Virus record (IMG/VR): IMGVR_UViG_3300049573_000247
Coordinates: 32,001 to 96,000 of that record
Direction: 5' to 3' (one strand)
From: a virus
Lineage: Duplodnaviria; Caudoviricetes
DNA length: 64,000 bases
Part shown: one piece after another, positions 9,500 through 17,817 of the stretch
Layout of the letters: each line of letters begins with the position of its first letter
Position numbering within the stretch: the first letter of the stretch is position 1
Notes under the pieces: model-generated
Seen by the model: only the letters and a program-made list of their open reading frames with translations
Database searches by the model: none
Told to the model about the DNA's origin: nothing
Translations under genes and position numbers: made by a program

Positions 9500-9807
9500 C
9501 GGCCGGTGCCCAGTACGAGTCGCACGTCTTCGCGGTGGGCGGCGGCGATGCGGTAGAACCGGCGGCGAGGCTGCCAGCCGCCGCCGTCGCGAGGCTGGAC
9601 TTCTTCCCAGCTGCTGGCTACCCATTGGAGACGTTCGAGCCTCATCAACTCGATGTGTACCTTTCCCGAGGGGATGCGGAACAAGCCCCACCGGCGCGGG
9701 AGGGACTTGGCGATCTTGAGTCCGTACATCTGGCCGTCGTCATGGTCGAACAGCAGGCGCAGAATCGAACGGTTGGTGCGGTTGAGGGCGAACGGCGGCG
9801 CGCTCAC
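9496..9807 (-). CDS. PadR-like wHTH regulator
   Basis: MYGLKIAK...SGKVHIELMRLERLQWVASSWE...PRRRFYRI. Confidence 0.85.
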   Translation of the reverse strand: MSAPPFALNRTNRSILRLLFDHDDGQMYGLKIAKSLPRRWGLFRIPSGKVHIELMRLERLQWVASSWEEVQPRDGGGWQPRRRFYRIAAAHREDVRLVLGTGR

Positions 9808-9894
9808 GGCGGCTCCTTCACAATGGGATACGACAGGATCTCACGTCGATGCAGTAGAAACACTGTAATGGCCCCCACCGACAGGGAGATGCAC

Positions 9895-10146
9895 TCAACG
9901 GACGGGGTCGGCGTACTCGGGCCGGAACGGCTCCAGCGGACAGCCCGCATCGCACGGGTCCTCCTCGCACACCGGGCACTGGGAGTAGCCGTCGTCGCGT
10001 TCGACCGCGTACGCGACCTCTTCCAGCTCGTCCGGGGATAGCGCATCGGGATACCACTGGGCAACTTCGCGCATGGTCGCGGCAATGATGGCGCGCGGGT
10101 CACGCGGGTTGGTTACCGGCGGTGTGCCCTGATGGTTGCTGGTCAT
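9895..10146 (-). CDS. small Cys-rich protein
   Basis: CPVCEEDPCDAGCP. Confidence 0.65.
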   Translation of the reverse strand: MTSNHQGTPPVTNPRDPRAIIAATMREVAQWYPDALSPDELEEVAYAVERDDGYSQCPVCEEDPCDAGCPLEPFRPEYADPVR

Positions 10147-10148
10147 GG

Positions 10149-10289
10149 TTACAGCACCCACTTGAACAGGGCCGCGAGGCCCCACGCGAATCCCAGCACG
10201 AGGGCCAGGATGGCGGCGAGCGCGCCGATGCCGCGTGACAGGCTCGGCTCGCGTGTGGGTTCGGACTTGTCGGATGGTTCGTTTCGCAT
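10149..10289 (-). CDS. 46-aa membrane protein (below ORF-track cutoff)
   Basis: MRNEPSDK...GIGALAAILALVLGFAWGLAALFKWVL; fills the gap between neighbours. Confidence 0.7.
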   Translation of the reverse strand: MRNEPSDKSEPTREPSLSRGIGALAAILALVLGFAWGLAALFKWVL

Positions 10290-10292
10290 GGT

Positions 10293-11372
10293 TCAGTTTC
10301 CCCTGGATGCCCTTGGCAATGTACCTGATTGGACGGTGTCGCGGTCCTCGTCGGACAGCAGTTCGGGGTGGCGGTAGCAGGTGGTGCCCCGGCGCGTGAT
10401 CACGCCGGTCTCGGGGTCGCGGGTAGGGCGGCGTTCCCACAGCGGGAGGGTGTAGCGGCGCGACGGGCGCTCGATGACGCCGTCGCTGCTGGTGTGCTGG
10501 CTTTCCTCGTGCAACAGCTGCTGCGCGCGCGGGCGCAGGCTCATGACCCGGACCTGCTGGTCGGGTCGGGCGCCCAGGCGCGCGGCCCGTTTCCGCAGCC
10601 CTTGCGAGACGGGCTGGTGTTCGTCGCTGCCGAGGGAACGGGCGGTCGCGATCATGAACGCGATGCGCAGCATCCGGGGAACGGCGTACCGGTTGGATCG
10701 GCCCACATGCGGCAGCTCGGCGATGTCGGTGTTGCAGTTGACGATGTGGTCGAGTTCCTCGATGATCTCGGGGTACTCCCCCCTGACCCCTTCGTGCATG
10801 GCGGTGGCGTAGGTGAACAACCGCAGGTGCATCTGCTTGCTGGGGCGCTCGCGGATGACGATGGTCTGGTGCTCCCCCGCTTGGCCGAGGTGCTCGGTGA
10901 ACGGGCCGGAGACGGCGGGGAGGAACCCGCAGTCGTCGATCGGCCCCCACGCGGCGGCGCAGATCGGCGTCCAGTCCCCGCGATCGTTCAACGGCAGCTT
11001 CAGCGCCTGACCGAACACGCAGAAACCGTAGTCGGAGGGGAAGGCGTCGTCGAACCGGCACGGCCCGAACTGCTCCTCGCACGCCCACGCGTGGGCCACG
11101 AGCGGCCCGGACAAGTGGTAGAGGTCGGCGCGGGTGATCATGCGCCGGTGCCACGCGGCCAGGCGCCTCGCGGCGTCGTCCAGCAGCGGGTCGCCGATGT
11201 CCAACGGGGTCGCGCCGACGGCTTCGACGGGGCGCAGCAGCTGCCGTTCGGTGGCCAGCCCGGACAGCTCTTCGATAGGCACCGTCGTGCCCGGCCGCAT
11301 CGGGTGCTCCCCGAGGAGGACGTTGCGCAGGTAGGCGGTGGCGGTGGGACTGTAGCGGGGGTAGGTGGTCAT
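10293..11372 (-). CDS. hypothetical protein
   Basis: 359 aa ORF, SD GAAAGG. Confidence 0.75.
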   Translation of the reverse strand: MTTYPRYSPTATAYLRNVLLGEHPMRPGTTVPIEELSGLATERQLLRPVEAVGATPLDIGDPLLDDAARRLAAWHRRMITRADLYHLSGPLVAHAWACEEQFGPCRFDDAFPSDYGFCVFGQALKLPLNDRGDWTPICAAAWGPIDDCGFLPAVSGPFTEHLGQAGEHQTIVIRERPSKQMHLRLFTYATAMHEGVRGEYPEIIEELDHIVNCNTDIAELPHVGRSNRYAVPRMLRIAFMIATARSLGSDEHQPVSQGLRKRAARLGARPDQQVRVMSLRPRAQQLLHEESQHTSSDGVIERPSRRYTLPLWERRPTRDPETGVITRRGTTCYRHPELLSDEDRDTVQSGTLPRASRGN

Positions 11373-11382
11373 GGCAGGCCTT

Positions 11383-12042
11383 TCACTGCTCTGGGGGGAT
11401 GCGGTCGTAGACGAAGACGAGATCGCGTATGCCCCACCACTGCACCGGCACGTGGTATTCGACCTCAACCCACTCCGTCTCCAAGATCTTGTGGAACGCC
11501 TCATCGCCGGTGCACCCGCCGTCGCCTTCGCCGATGTAGATGATCCGCTGCCCGGCATAGGCACGGACGGCGTCGGCCCCGTCGGCGGTGTTGTAGGGCG
11601 GCCACGACAGCAGGAGCGTCACGCCGGACCCGGCAGCGGCGACGGTGTCGGCCGCTTCACCGGGGAGGACCCGCGTCCAGTGCTCCACACCTCGGTGCCA
11701 GTCGTTGCATTGCGGTGTGGCTGCGTGCCGGTCGTAGGCGAGGGTGAATACGCCGCGCTCGGTGAGCAGCCGCGCCCAGTAGCCGCTTCCGGCCATCGGA
11801 TCGATCACTGTGTCGCCGCAGAACCGAAGGACGAAATCGACCGTCGCCGGATCGGAGACCGTCCAGGCGTAACGCGGGACCAGCTGCTTACGCAGGCTCG
11901 TGGAGGCCGAGATGGACCAGACCATGTCGGGGTCGTCAGGATGGTCAGGATGGGGTGGAAGCACGGCGTGCTGGCGCATGAGGCGGTCCCATCCGATGTG
12001 GTCCTTGACCTCATCCCAGTACGGGTTCCAGTGTGCTTCCAC
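11383..12042 (-). CDS. SAM-dependent methyltransferase-like protein
   Basis: motif I VIDPMAGSGYW; LLLSWPPY (motif IV-like); YIGEG. Confidence 0.8.
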   Translation of the reverse strand: MEAHWNPYWDEVKDHIGWDRLMRQHAVLPPHPDHPDDPDMVWSISASTSLRKQLVPRYAWTVSDPATVDFVLRFCGDTVIDPMAGSGYWARLLTERGVFTLAYDRHAATPQCNDWHRGVEHWTRVLPGEAADTVAAAGSGVTLLLSWPPYNTADGADAVRAYAGQRIIYIGEGDGGCTGDEAFHKILETEWVEVEYHVPVQWWGIRDLVFVYDRIPPEQ

Positions 12043-12052
12043 GATCCGCCTC

Positions 12053-12301
12053 CTACCCCGCGAAGTTGACGCGGGCCTCGTGCGCGAGCTGCTGGCCCCT
12101 GTCGGCGGCCAGCACGTACAGGACGCTGCGGGTGTCCCACACCTCCGCGCCCTCGATGCCGACCTCGACCACGTCGATGTCGCCGATGGCGTATTCCATG
12201 GGCTTCTTCACGCCCATCGTTGCCACGCGCACCGGAGTCTCGTCCCCAGTGGCAGCAGCGAACCCTTCAAGGGTATCGATCAGATCGCGGATAGTGTTCA
12301 T
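12053..12301 (-). CDS. hypothetical protein
   Basis: MNTIRDLIDTLEGF...PVRVA, common small phage protein pattern. Confidence 0.7.
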   Translation of the reverse strand: MNTIRDLIDTLEGFAAATGDETPVRVATMGVKKPMEYAIGDIDVVEVGIEGAEVWDTRSVLYVLAADRGQQLAHEARVNFAG

Positions 12302-12341
12302 CAGAGTGAGAGTGCCTTTCGTGAATCGGTATTCTTACACA

Positions 12342-12764
12342 ATGACAGTGCGAGTTCTGGCAACCGGCGGGCGTGGCTTCCCAGGGCGCGCCGCAGTCGC
12401 CCGAGCGCTGGCCCACGTCGAAGGGCTCTTCCCCCATACAGCACCCGGCGATTTCGTACTCGTCCACGGCGACTGCAAGTACCGCCGCGCCGACGGCACC
12501 ATCGACTACGACCGCAGCGCCGACCAGCTCGCCAAGCAGGAAGCCACCAAACGGGGCTGGCAGACCGAAGACCACCCCGTGGACTGGGACAGCATCCCCC
12601 CAAGCCAGTACAGTGCGGCCGGGCGCGGACGCAACGCACACATGGTCAGCCTCGGGGCCGCGATCTGCATCGCATTCCCCGGCGGCGGCGGCACACGCAA
12701 TTGCCGCAACACCGCCGAGCGAGCGGGCATCCCCGTCATCACCCTGGCCCATGTGCCAGTGTGA
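12342..12764 (+). CDS. SLOG/DUF2493 (YspA-related) protein
   Basis: RVLATGGR, VHGD, AD..A, AGRGRNAHM, AFPGGGGT; -10 TATTCT 6 nt before ATG. Confidence 0.85.
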   Translation: MTVRVLATGGRGFPGRAAVARALAHVEGLFPHTAPGDFVLVHGDCKYRRADGTIDYDRSADQLAKQEATKRGWQTEDHPVDWDSIPPSQYSAAGRGRNAHMVSLGAAICIAFPGGGGTRNCRNTAERAGIPVITLAHVPV

Positions 12765-12899
12765 GGAGACCACGCTTACAGTGACAGGGTTTACACTGAC
12801 TGTTCTGCTGCGGGTGCTGGTACACGCCGGGACGCGCTGACCCTGCTCAACCACGGCTCTTTGAGCCGCTATCAGAACCGACCTTCGTTGGAGAACCAC

Positions 12900-13943
12900 A
12901 TGAAGCGCGCACTTTCCTACGGCGACCTAGGCGTCTACGTCAACAACCGGCGGATCGCCGACAAGCACGACAAGAAGATCGCGGGCGTCTACAACGCCTG
13001 GAACGCCTTTGCCCACCGGGTACCGGGACTGGCGGCGACCACCATCAGCGACGAGGCCACCGATAAAATCCTCCGGCAGTTCGCTGAGAACGCCCAATCC
13101 GAACTCAAAGAATCAACGATCAACACCTATTCGAGTGACTTCCGGCGCGGCCTCGCGTTCATGCTCCAGCACGTCGAACTCACCGGCAGCCTCGACGTCG
13201 AACCCGCCGGTGAGGAGACCGTCCCGGCCGCACCGGAGATCCGCGTCGCGCCCAAGCGCAAGCCGATCTACGACGACTTCGGCGAATACCTCGTCGCCTA
13301 CCAAGAGGACAACCCCGGAGACGAAACGGCGAAGCGCTGGGCCGGTGCCTACAAGGCCGTGATGCTGCGCGTACCCGACGCGGCCGAAGAGCACATCGAC
13401 CCTGAGACAACCGAGCAGATCCTCACCAACTTCGGCAAGATCGCGATCGACGCCAAGGCCACCAAGGCGGCGGCCAAAGCCATCGACTACGACGACGCCG
13501 CCGCTGAGGCCCTCAAACGCGCCCCGATCATCAAGATCAGCACCATGCGGCACTACCAGGGCTGCTTCCGCAAGGCCCTGGAGCACTACTGCGAAGTCCG
13601 CCATTTCCCCTACACGCCGATCGACACCGAAGAGCGACGCCAGCGGTCCCTTGCCTTCACCCGCGAACGCAAAGCACGCCAGGCGCAAGAAGCTGCTGAA
13701 GCTGAGGAGCGCACGGCGGCGAAGATCGAAGCCGCACGAATCGCGGCAGCCGCTGAGGTCGCCCGCGCGCAAACCGAAGCGGCATTGGGCGCTGAGACCG
13801 CAGTCGAGGATGAAGCGGCGCTGGCCGAATACACCTTCCTCCTACGCCCCGGGGTCATCGTCGGCCTCAACCTGCCCGACGACCTCACCCGCGACGAATC
13901 CGACAGGCTCAGCCAGTGGATCGGCGCTTTCGTCATCGAATAG
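12900..13943 (+). CDS. hypothetical protein with two repeated helical domains
   Basis: STINTYSSDFRRGL / STMRHYQGCFRKAL; C-terminal FLLRPG..LPDDLTRDESDRL. Confidence 0.8.
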   Translation: MKRALSYGDLGVYVNNRRIADKHDKKIAGVYNAWNAFAHRVPGLAATTISDEATDKILRQFAENAQSELKESTINTYSSDFRRGLAFMLQHVELTGSLDVEPAGEETVPAAPEIRVAPKRKPIYDDFGEYLVAYQEDNPGDETAKRWAGAYKAVMLRVPDAAEEHIDPETTEQILTNFGKIAIDAKATKAAAKAIDYDDAAAEALKRAPIIKISTMRHYQGCFRKALEHYCEVRHFPYTPIDTEERRQRSLAFTRERKARQAQEAAEAEERTAAKIEAARIAAAAEVARAQTEAALGAETAVEDEAALAEYTFLLRPGVIVGLNLPDDLTRDESDRLSQWIGAFVIE

Positions 13944-14339
13944 TAAGCGCGGTGCGGGGCGGCGGTTACGCTTGATGGTGGCTCGCCGCCTCGCCGCGTA
14001 GGCATTCTTCAGGGGTGCGCACAGCTCACAGCGGCAGTTTTTCTTGCCGGTTGCTCCTTCGCCATGCCCGACCGAGAGCTCTCGCCTGGATTTCTCCTGG
14101 TGATGCTTCCGGCAGAGAAGCTGGCAGAGAGTTAGCTCAGACTCGAATCGAGCCTGGGATACCGACCATAGCCTTGCCAAGTTGATCGTCTTCCTGGACG
14201 GATCGACATGGTCGATCTCCAACTCTTCGGTGGTTCCGCATTCCACGCAGGCCCCTCCAAGCTGGGCCACGGCGTGGCTGCGCCGAGCGTGGTACCGGCG
14301 CAGCATGTACTGCCGCATGTATTCGTTGCTATTGGGCAC
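13842..14339 (-). CDS. HNH endonuclease
   Basis: CVECG..LEIDHVDP...CQLLCRKHH; second CRCELC; -10 TATACT 5 nt before GTG. Confidence 0.9.
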   Translation of the reverse strand: MPNSNEYMRQYMLRRYHARRSHAVAQLGGACVECGTTEELEIDHVDPSRKTINLARLWSVSQARFESELTLCQLLCRKHHQEKSRRELSVGHGEGATGKKNCRCELCAPLKNAYAARRRATIKRNRRPAPRLLFDDESADPLAEPVGFVAGEVVGQVEADDDPGA

Positions 14340-14375
14340 ACCTCAGTATAGCGGTGCCCTCTTAATCGGTTGGTC

Positions 14376-14451
14376 TGGTGCGCCGCCTGGGAATCGAACC
14401 CAGGACCTGCAACTTAAAAGGAAGCGGCTCTGCCAGCTGAGCTAGCGGCGC
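14376..14451 (-). tRNA. tRNA-Lys(UUU), CCA encoded, two U.U mismatches in anticodon stem
   Basis: GCGCCGC TA GCTC AGCTGGCA GAGC C GCTTC CTTTTAA GTTGC AGGTC CTGGG TTCGATT CCCAG GCGGCGC A CCA. Confidence 0.93.
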
Positions 14452-14453
14452 TC

Positions 14454-14486
14454 GACCGGCTCGACACGTGAACGCCGAGCCGGTCG
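14454..14486 (-). other. hairpin in tRNA-Lys leader
   Basis: cgaccggctcg...cgagccggtcg, downstream of putative -10 TATGGT near 14500. Confidence 0.6.
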
Positions 14487-14527
14487 TTCAATTCTGAACC
14501 ATATCGTGGCCTGTGGCCACAGCGCGG

Positions 14528-15012
14528 TCACTCCTCGGTTCCGGCGCTCTCGATGAGCATCTGCCGCAGGTCAGTGACGAGACCCGTACGACCCGCGCAC
14601 GCATCCAGGTATTCCTCCAGTTTCACCGCCAGCTCATGCGCATGGTTCACATCCTTCCCGGCCATGCGCAACCCGTCGATCGCGGCGTGCAGCATCTCGG
14701 CCAGCAACGCCAGCGCAGCCATAGTCTGCTGGTCGGGGTCGGTGCGCACGATGTCGAACCATTCCATGCTCACCCCTTGGGCGAACTCGTGTTGCTCGCG
14801 CTTTCCGGCCGGTCCCGTAAGCTCCAGGCCGTTGAGGGCGACGCGGTAGAGGGTCTCCCCGAAGTAGTGGCCGAGCTCGCGGGTGTCTTCGGCGGCGGGG
14901 CCCCCGGAGTGCGTTCGGTCGTGTAGTGCCCCACGGCGCCACTCCACATGGAGATCAGGCGCCAGGTGGGATCGTCCTGTTCGTCGGTGTCGGTGTCGGG
15001 CATGCAGGTCAT
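14528..15012 (-). pseudogene. hypothetical gene split by a -1 frameshift at a G5C4 run
   Basis: coupled ATG at 15012; high-GC3 frame changes at 14897-14905. Confidence 0.65.
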
Positions 15013-15854
15013 CCTTCTTCCAATGTGCGGATGGCGGTATCGATGGTGCCGGGCCGTTCGAACAGGTACTGCACCAGCGGGTAGCCCACCCCCGCGTGGT
15101 TGTCCATCTTGAACAGGTGGTCACCGAACAGTTTCTGGTGTTCGAGGCCGAGCTTGTCGATACGGTAACCGGCGGCGACCATCAGCTCCAGCAGGTAGTT
15201 CAGGCGTTTCGGTCGTTTGCCCAGGGGGGTGCGGTTCGTCTCGTGGCGGTGCAGGTGCTCGGCGAGGCCGTCGATGAGGTGCTCGACCAGCTCGGGGGTC
15301 ATGTGGCCCAACTCGATGGAGAGGTGCCCATCGACCCACCAGTTGATCTCGCCGAAGACCCGGCGCCCGCGAGCGGCTCGTTCTACCCTGAGGCCGCCGA
15401 GGTTGTTGGCGACCTGCCATTCCCCTCCGAGGCGTTCGGCGACGGCTGCGGCGTGGCCGCGCTGGGCCTCGCGCTGGGCTTTCGCCCAGTCTTGTTCGTG
15501 CTGCATGCGGTCGAGGTGTCGCCGGTACTTGGGCAGCACGTGCTCTTTGAGGTGCGCGGCCATGTGCGAGGGCAGCTGGAAAAGGTTCATTCTGGCGTCG
15601 AGGACGGCTTTGCCGTGGTGGTCGAGCGCGAACAGCGCCACCAGGTGCTGCTCGTTTTTGTAGTCGTAGTGCATGCGCAGGCGACGGCCACTGTTGTCGT
15701 GGAGCACCATGGCCAGCGGCTGGTGTTCGATGCGCACCTCCCAGGAGGGGCCCAGGTGGGCGGCAACGCGATTCGCCACGGTGAACATGCCGTGCGTCGG
15801 GGACATGGCGTCGATGATGGTCAGGGGCTGGTCATCTAGATGGGGTCGGTCCAT
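15009..15854 (-). CDS. hypothetical protein
   Basis: 281 aa ORF, SD AAAGGA. Confidence 0.75.
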   Translation of the reverse strand: MDRPHLDDQPLTIIDAMSPTHGMFTVANRVAAHLGPSWEVRIEHQPLAMVLHDNSGRRLRMHYDYKNEQHLVALFALDHHGKAVLDARMNLFQLPSHMAAHLKEHVLPKYRRHLDRMQHEQDWAKAQREAQRGHAAAVAERLGGEWQVANNLGGLRVERAARGRRVFGEINWWVDGHLSIELGHMTPELVEHLIDGLAEHLHRHETNRTPLGKRPKRLNYLLELMVAAGYRIDKLGLEHQKLFGDHLFKMDNHAGVGYPLVQYLFERPGTIDTAIRTLEEG

Positions 15855-15996
15855 GTGGTGTTCCTTTCAGTCCGGGCGCACCGGTGCCCGGCAGAGTGCG
15901 AGGAAGATTCTCAGCTTACGGTGAAGGGGTGACATGCCAGTGCCCGGCGCGATGATGGATGCGCCGGGCAACAGCGTGTAGGGAGTCGGGTGGAGT

Positions 15997-16212
15997 TCAG
16001 TCGGTGAGGCTGGCTGTCCCCTTGCGGCCGACTTTTGAGCCCGAGAGGGCGATGGCGACTTCGAGGACGGCGGCGGTAAGTGGGATGCCGACGACGACTT
16101 CCCAGCCGAGGTCCCACAGGAGGGCTTCGGCGCCGAAGGCGGCGACGAATGAGGTCGCGGCGTTGCGGATAGCTCTTTCGGAGGTGTCTTTCCAGAACTC
16201 CTTCGTGAACAT
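15997..16212 (-). CDS. holin, r1t family
   Basis: MFTKEFWKDTSERAIR..A + two hydrophobic helices + GTASL end. Confidence 0.85.
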   Translation of the reverse strand: MFTKEFWKDTSERAIRNAATSFVAAFGAEALLWDLGWEVVVGIPLTAAVLEVAIALSGSKVGRKGTASLTD

Positions 16213-16279
16213 GATGACCTGCTTCCCTTGAAGGGCCTACAGGTCAATTGTCCCACTATGTCGGGTTTTCTGGTAGGTG

Positions 16280-16960
16280 TTACTGGTCGCCCTGCGTCGC
16301 TGTGGCGATCTTCGCCTCGACTCGGGCGACCGCCTGCTGCAGCCGTTCGGGGCTGACCCCGCGCTCGCTGCCGGGGTTGAACAGCTGCTCGACGAAACGA
16401 TCGACGGGGGTCGCGTGGGGCTCGTGCTGCGCCAGCAGCGCGCCGGGCGGCTCCTCGGTGGCCACGCCGTTCTTGACGCGCCACTGCCCGCACACCTGGT
16501 CGGCGGTGCCATCGCTGATCAGCTGCGCCGTTAGGTCCAGGTAGGGGAACGCGGCGGCGATCTGGGACCACTCGCTGCCGACCTCCTCTATGGAAGGCCA
16601 CTTGCCGATGTTGTAGTTCGCTGTCCCGATGTGTCCGTCCCAGTCGCACCACCCGCGCGGGCCGCCGATCCAGGAGGAGGAGATCCGGTAGTTGTCCAGG
16701 TACTCCAGGTTGAGGTTGCGCAGCTCTTCGGCGCGCTTGAGCGCTCGCTGGAACGGGAAGTCGTGCTCGGCGGCGCGCTCGTCTCGGAAGACGATGCGCG
16801 CGACGATGTGGTCCCACTCGTGGTCGTTGCAGTGGAGGTAGTAGAGGGCGGCCGTGCGGATGAGGATCTCGTCGGCCTGCGCCTCGGTGACCGGCGCACC
16901 GGCCACGATCAGGCGTGGCCACTTGCCGGGGTCGATGAAGGTGGTCTCGGATGCGGACAT
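16280..16960 (-). CDS. conserved phage protein (paralog of 32906-33751)
   Basis: KWP..V.G..VT..QA.EI..RT; GWCDWDG; IGKWP; IAAAFPYLDL. Confidence 0.8.
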   Translation of the reverse strand: MSASETTFIDPGKWPRLIVAGAPVTEAQADEILIRTAALYYLHCNDHEWDHIVARIVFRDERAAEHDFPFQRALKRAEELRNLNLEYLDNYRISSSWIGGPRGWCDWDGHIGTANYNIGKWPSIEEVGSEWSQIAAAFPYLDLTAQLISDGTADQVCGQWRVKNGVATEEPPGALLAQHEPHATPVDRFVEQLFNPGSERGVSPERLQQAVARVEAKIATATQGDQ

Positions 16961-16979
16961 GTGGTTGCCTCTCAAACGA

Positions 16980-17009
16980 AAGCCCCGGACGCGCATGCGT
17001 CCGGGGCTT
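16980..17009 (-). terminator. palindromic hairpin
   Basis: aagccccggacgc-gcat-gcgtccggggctt followed by TT on minus strand. Confidence 0.6.
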
Positions 17010-17024
17010 CACTGGTCAGGATGT

Positions 17025-17252
17025 TCAGGATGTGGTGTTCTCGGGCATCTTGGGGCCGTACCGCTGCAGGTGCGCCAGGGCGGCGTCGAGGTGGGCCTGC
17101 GTGGTCGCGGTGGGCCAGTTCGGTCCACCCTCCCCGACTTCCCACGAGCTATCTTTCGCGACGGCGAAGGCGGCGCTGTTGCGGTCGTCGAAGTGGATAA
17201 ACCCCCAGGGCGGTTCGGCGTGGGCTCGGTTGTCGACGGAGACGACCTTCAC
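17025..17252 (-). CDS. hypothetical protein (paralog of N-domain of 17249-17737)
   Basis: GTGA overlap; PWGFIHFDD...WP...L..YGP. Confidence 0.7.
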   Translation of the reverse strand: MKVVSVDNRAHAEPPWGFIHFDDRNSAAFAVAKDSSWEVGEGGPNWPTATTQAHLDAALAHLQRYGPKMPENTTS

Positions 17253-17737
17253 GCGGCCACCGCCTGGTCGACCGGCACCGTTTTGCTTGCGGCGGGAAGA
17301 GCACTCCAGTCGGTTTCGACGAGTGCCTGGGTGAGTTCGTCCACGAGCCACCTGATGTAGTCGGGGGTGTTCTCCCGCTGATGCCGGGGCGCCACCGTGA
17401 CGGCGTCGGTCTCTCCCGGGCGCGTGATGTCGAAGTCGGCCACGGTCCCGTCGGAGATCCGGATGACGCCCCACGGCCGCTCGGGGGTGCCCTCGTTGCT
17501 GATGTCGATGGTGCGCTCCAGCTCGACCGGGCCGTGGGTGCGCAGGTAGTGGCTGACGACCTGCAGGCGCAGCGGTGTCGGTTCGGGCCAGTACTTGCCG
17601 CCGCCGAAGGTCTGCCAGCCCTCTCCCAGGCGTCGGTAGCCGACGCGGACGCCGTCGCTGAAGTAGAAGTGGCCGAAGTCGGCCTCACCTCGGGTGTCGA
17701 TTTCGGTGATCACGATGGTGGTCTGCTGCTTGGGCAT
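17249..17737 (-). CDS. hypothetical protein with internal repeat
   Basis: SD AAAGGAG; FGHFYFSDG / WGVIRISDG. Confidence 0.75.
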   Translation of the reverse strand: MPKQQTTIVITEIDTRGEADFGHFYFSDGVRVGYRRLGEGWQTFGGGKYWPEPTPLRLQVVSHYLRTHGPVELERTIDISNEGTPERPWGVIRISDGTVADFDITRPGETDAVTVAPRHQRENTPDYIRWLVDELTQALVETDWSALPAASKTVPVDQAVAA

Positions 17738-17789
17738 AGTGCTCCTTTCGTTTCGGGATATTCTCTCACGTTCAACTGACGTTACGATA

Positions 17790-17817
17790 TGTCCGTTTTG
17801 TGCGGTAAACTTCCCGT
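17790..17817 (+). promoter_or_regulatory. leaderless promoter of endolysin with TGTCCG box
   Basis: TGTCCGTTTT 17790; TAAACT 17806-17811; ATG 17818; no SD. Confidence 0.65.

Noticed and set aside
8624-12042. Functional restriction-modification pair
   Set aside because: Nuclease motif looks degenerate, the MTase-like protein lacks a recognition domain, and the genes are not adjacent
12900-13943. Integrase next to a tRNA (att site / prophage boundary)
   Set aside because: No tyrosine or serine recombinase catalytic motifs; phage-type genes on both sides; no duplicated tRNA 3' end noticed
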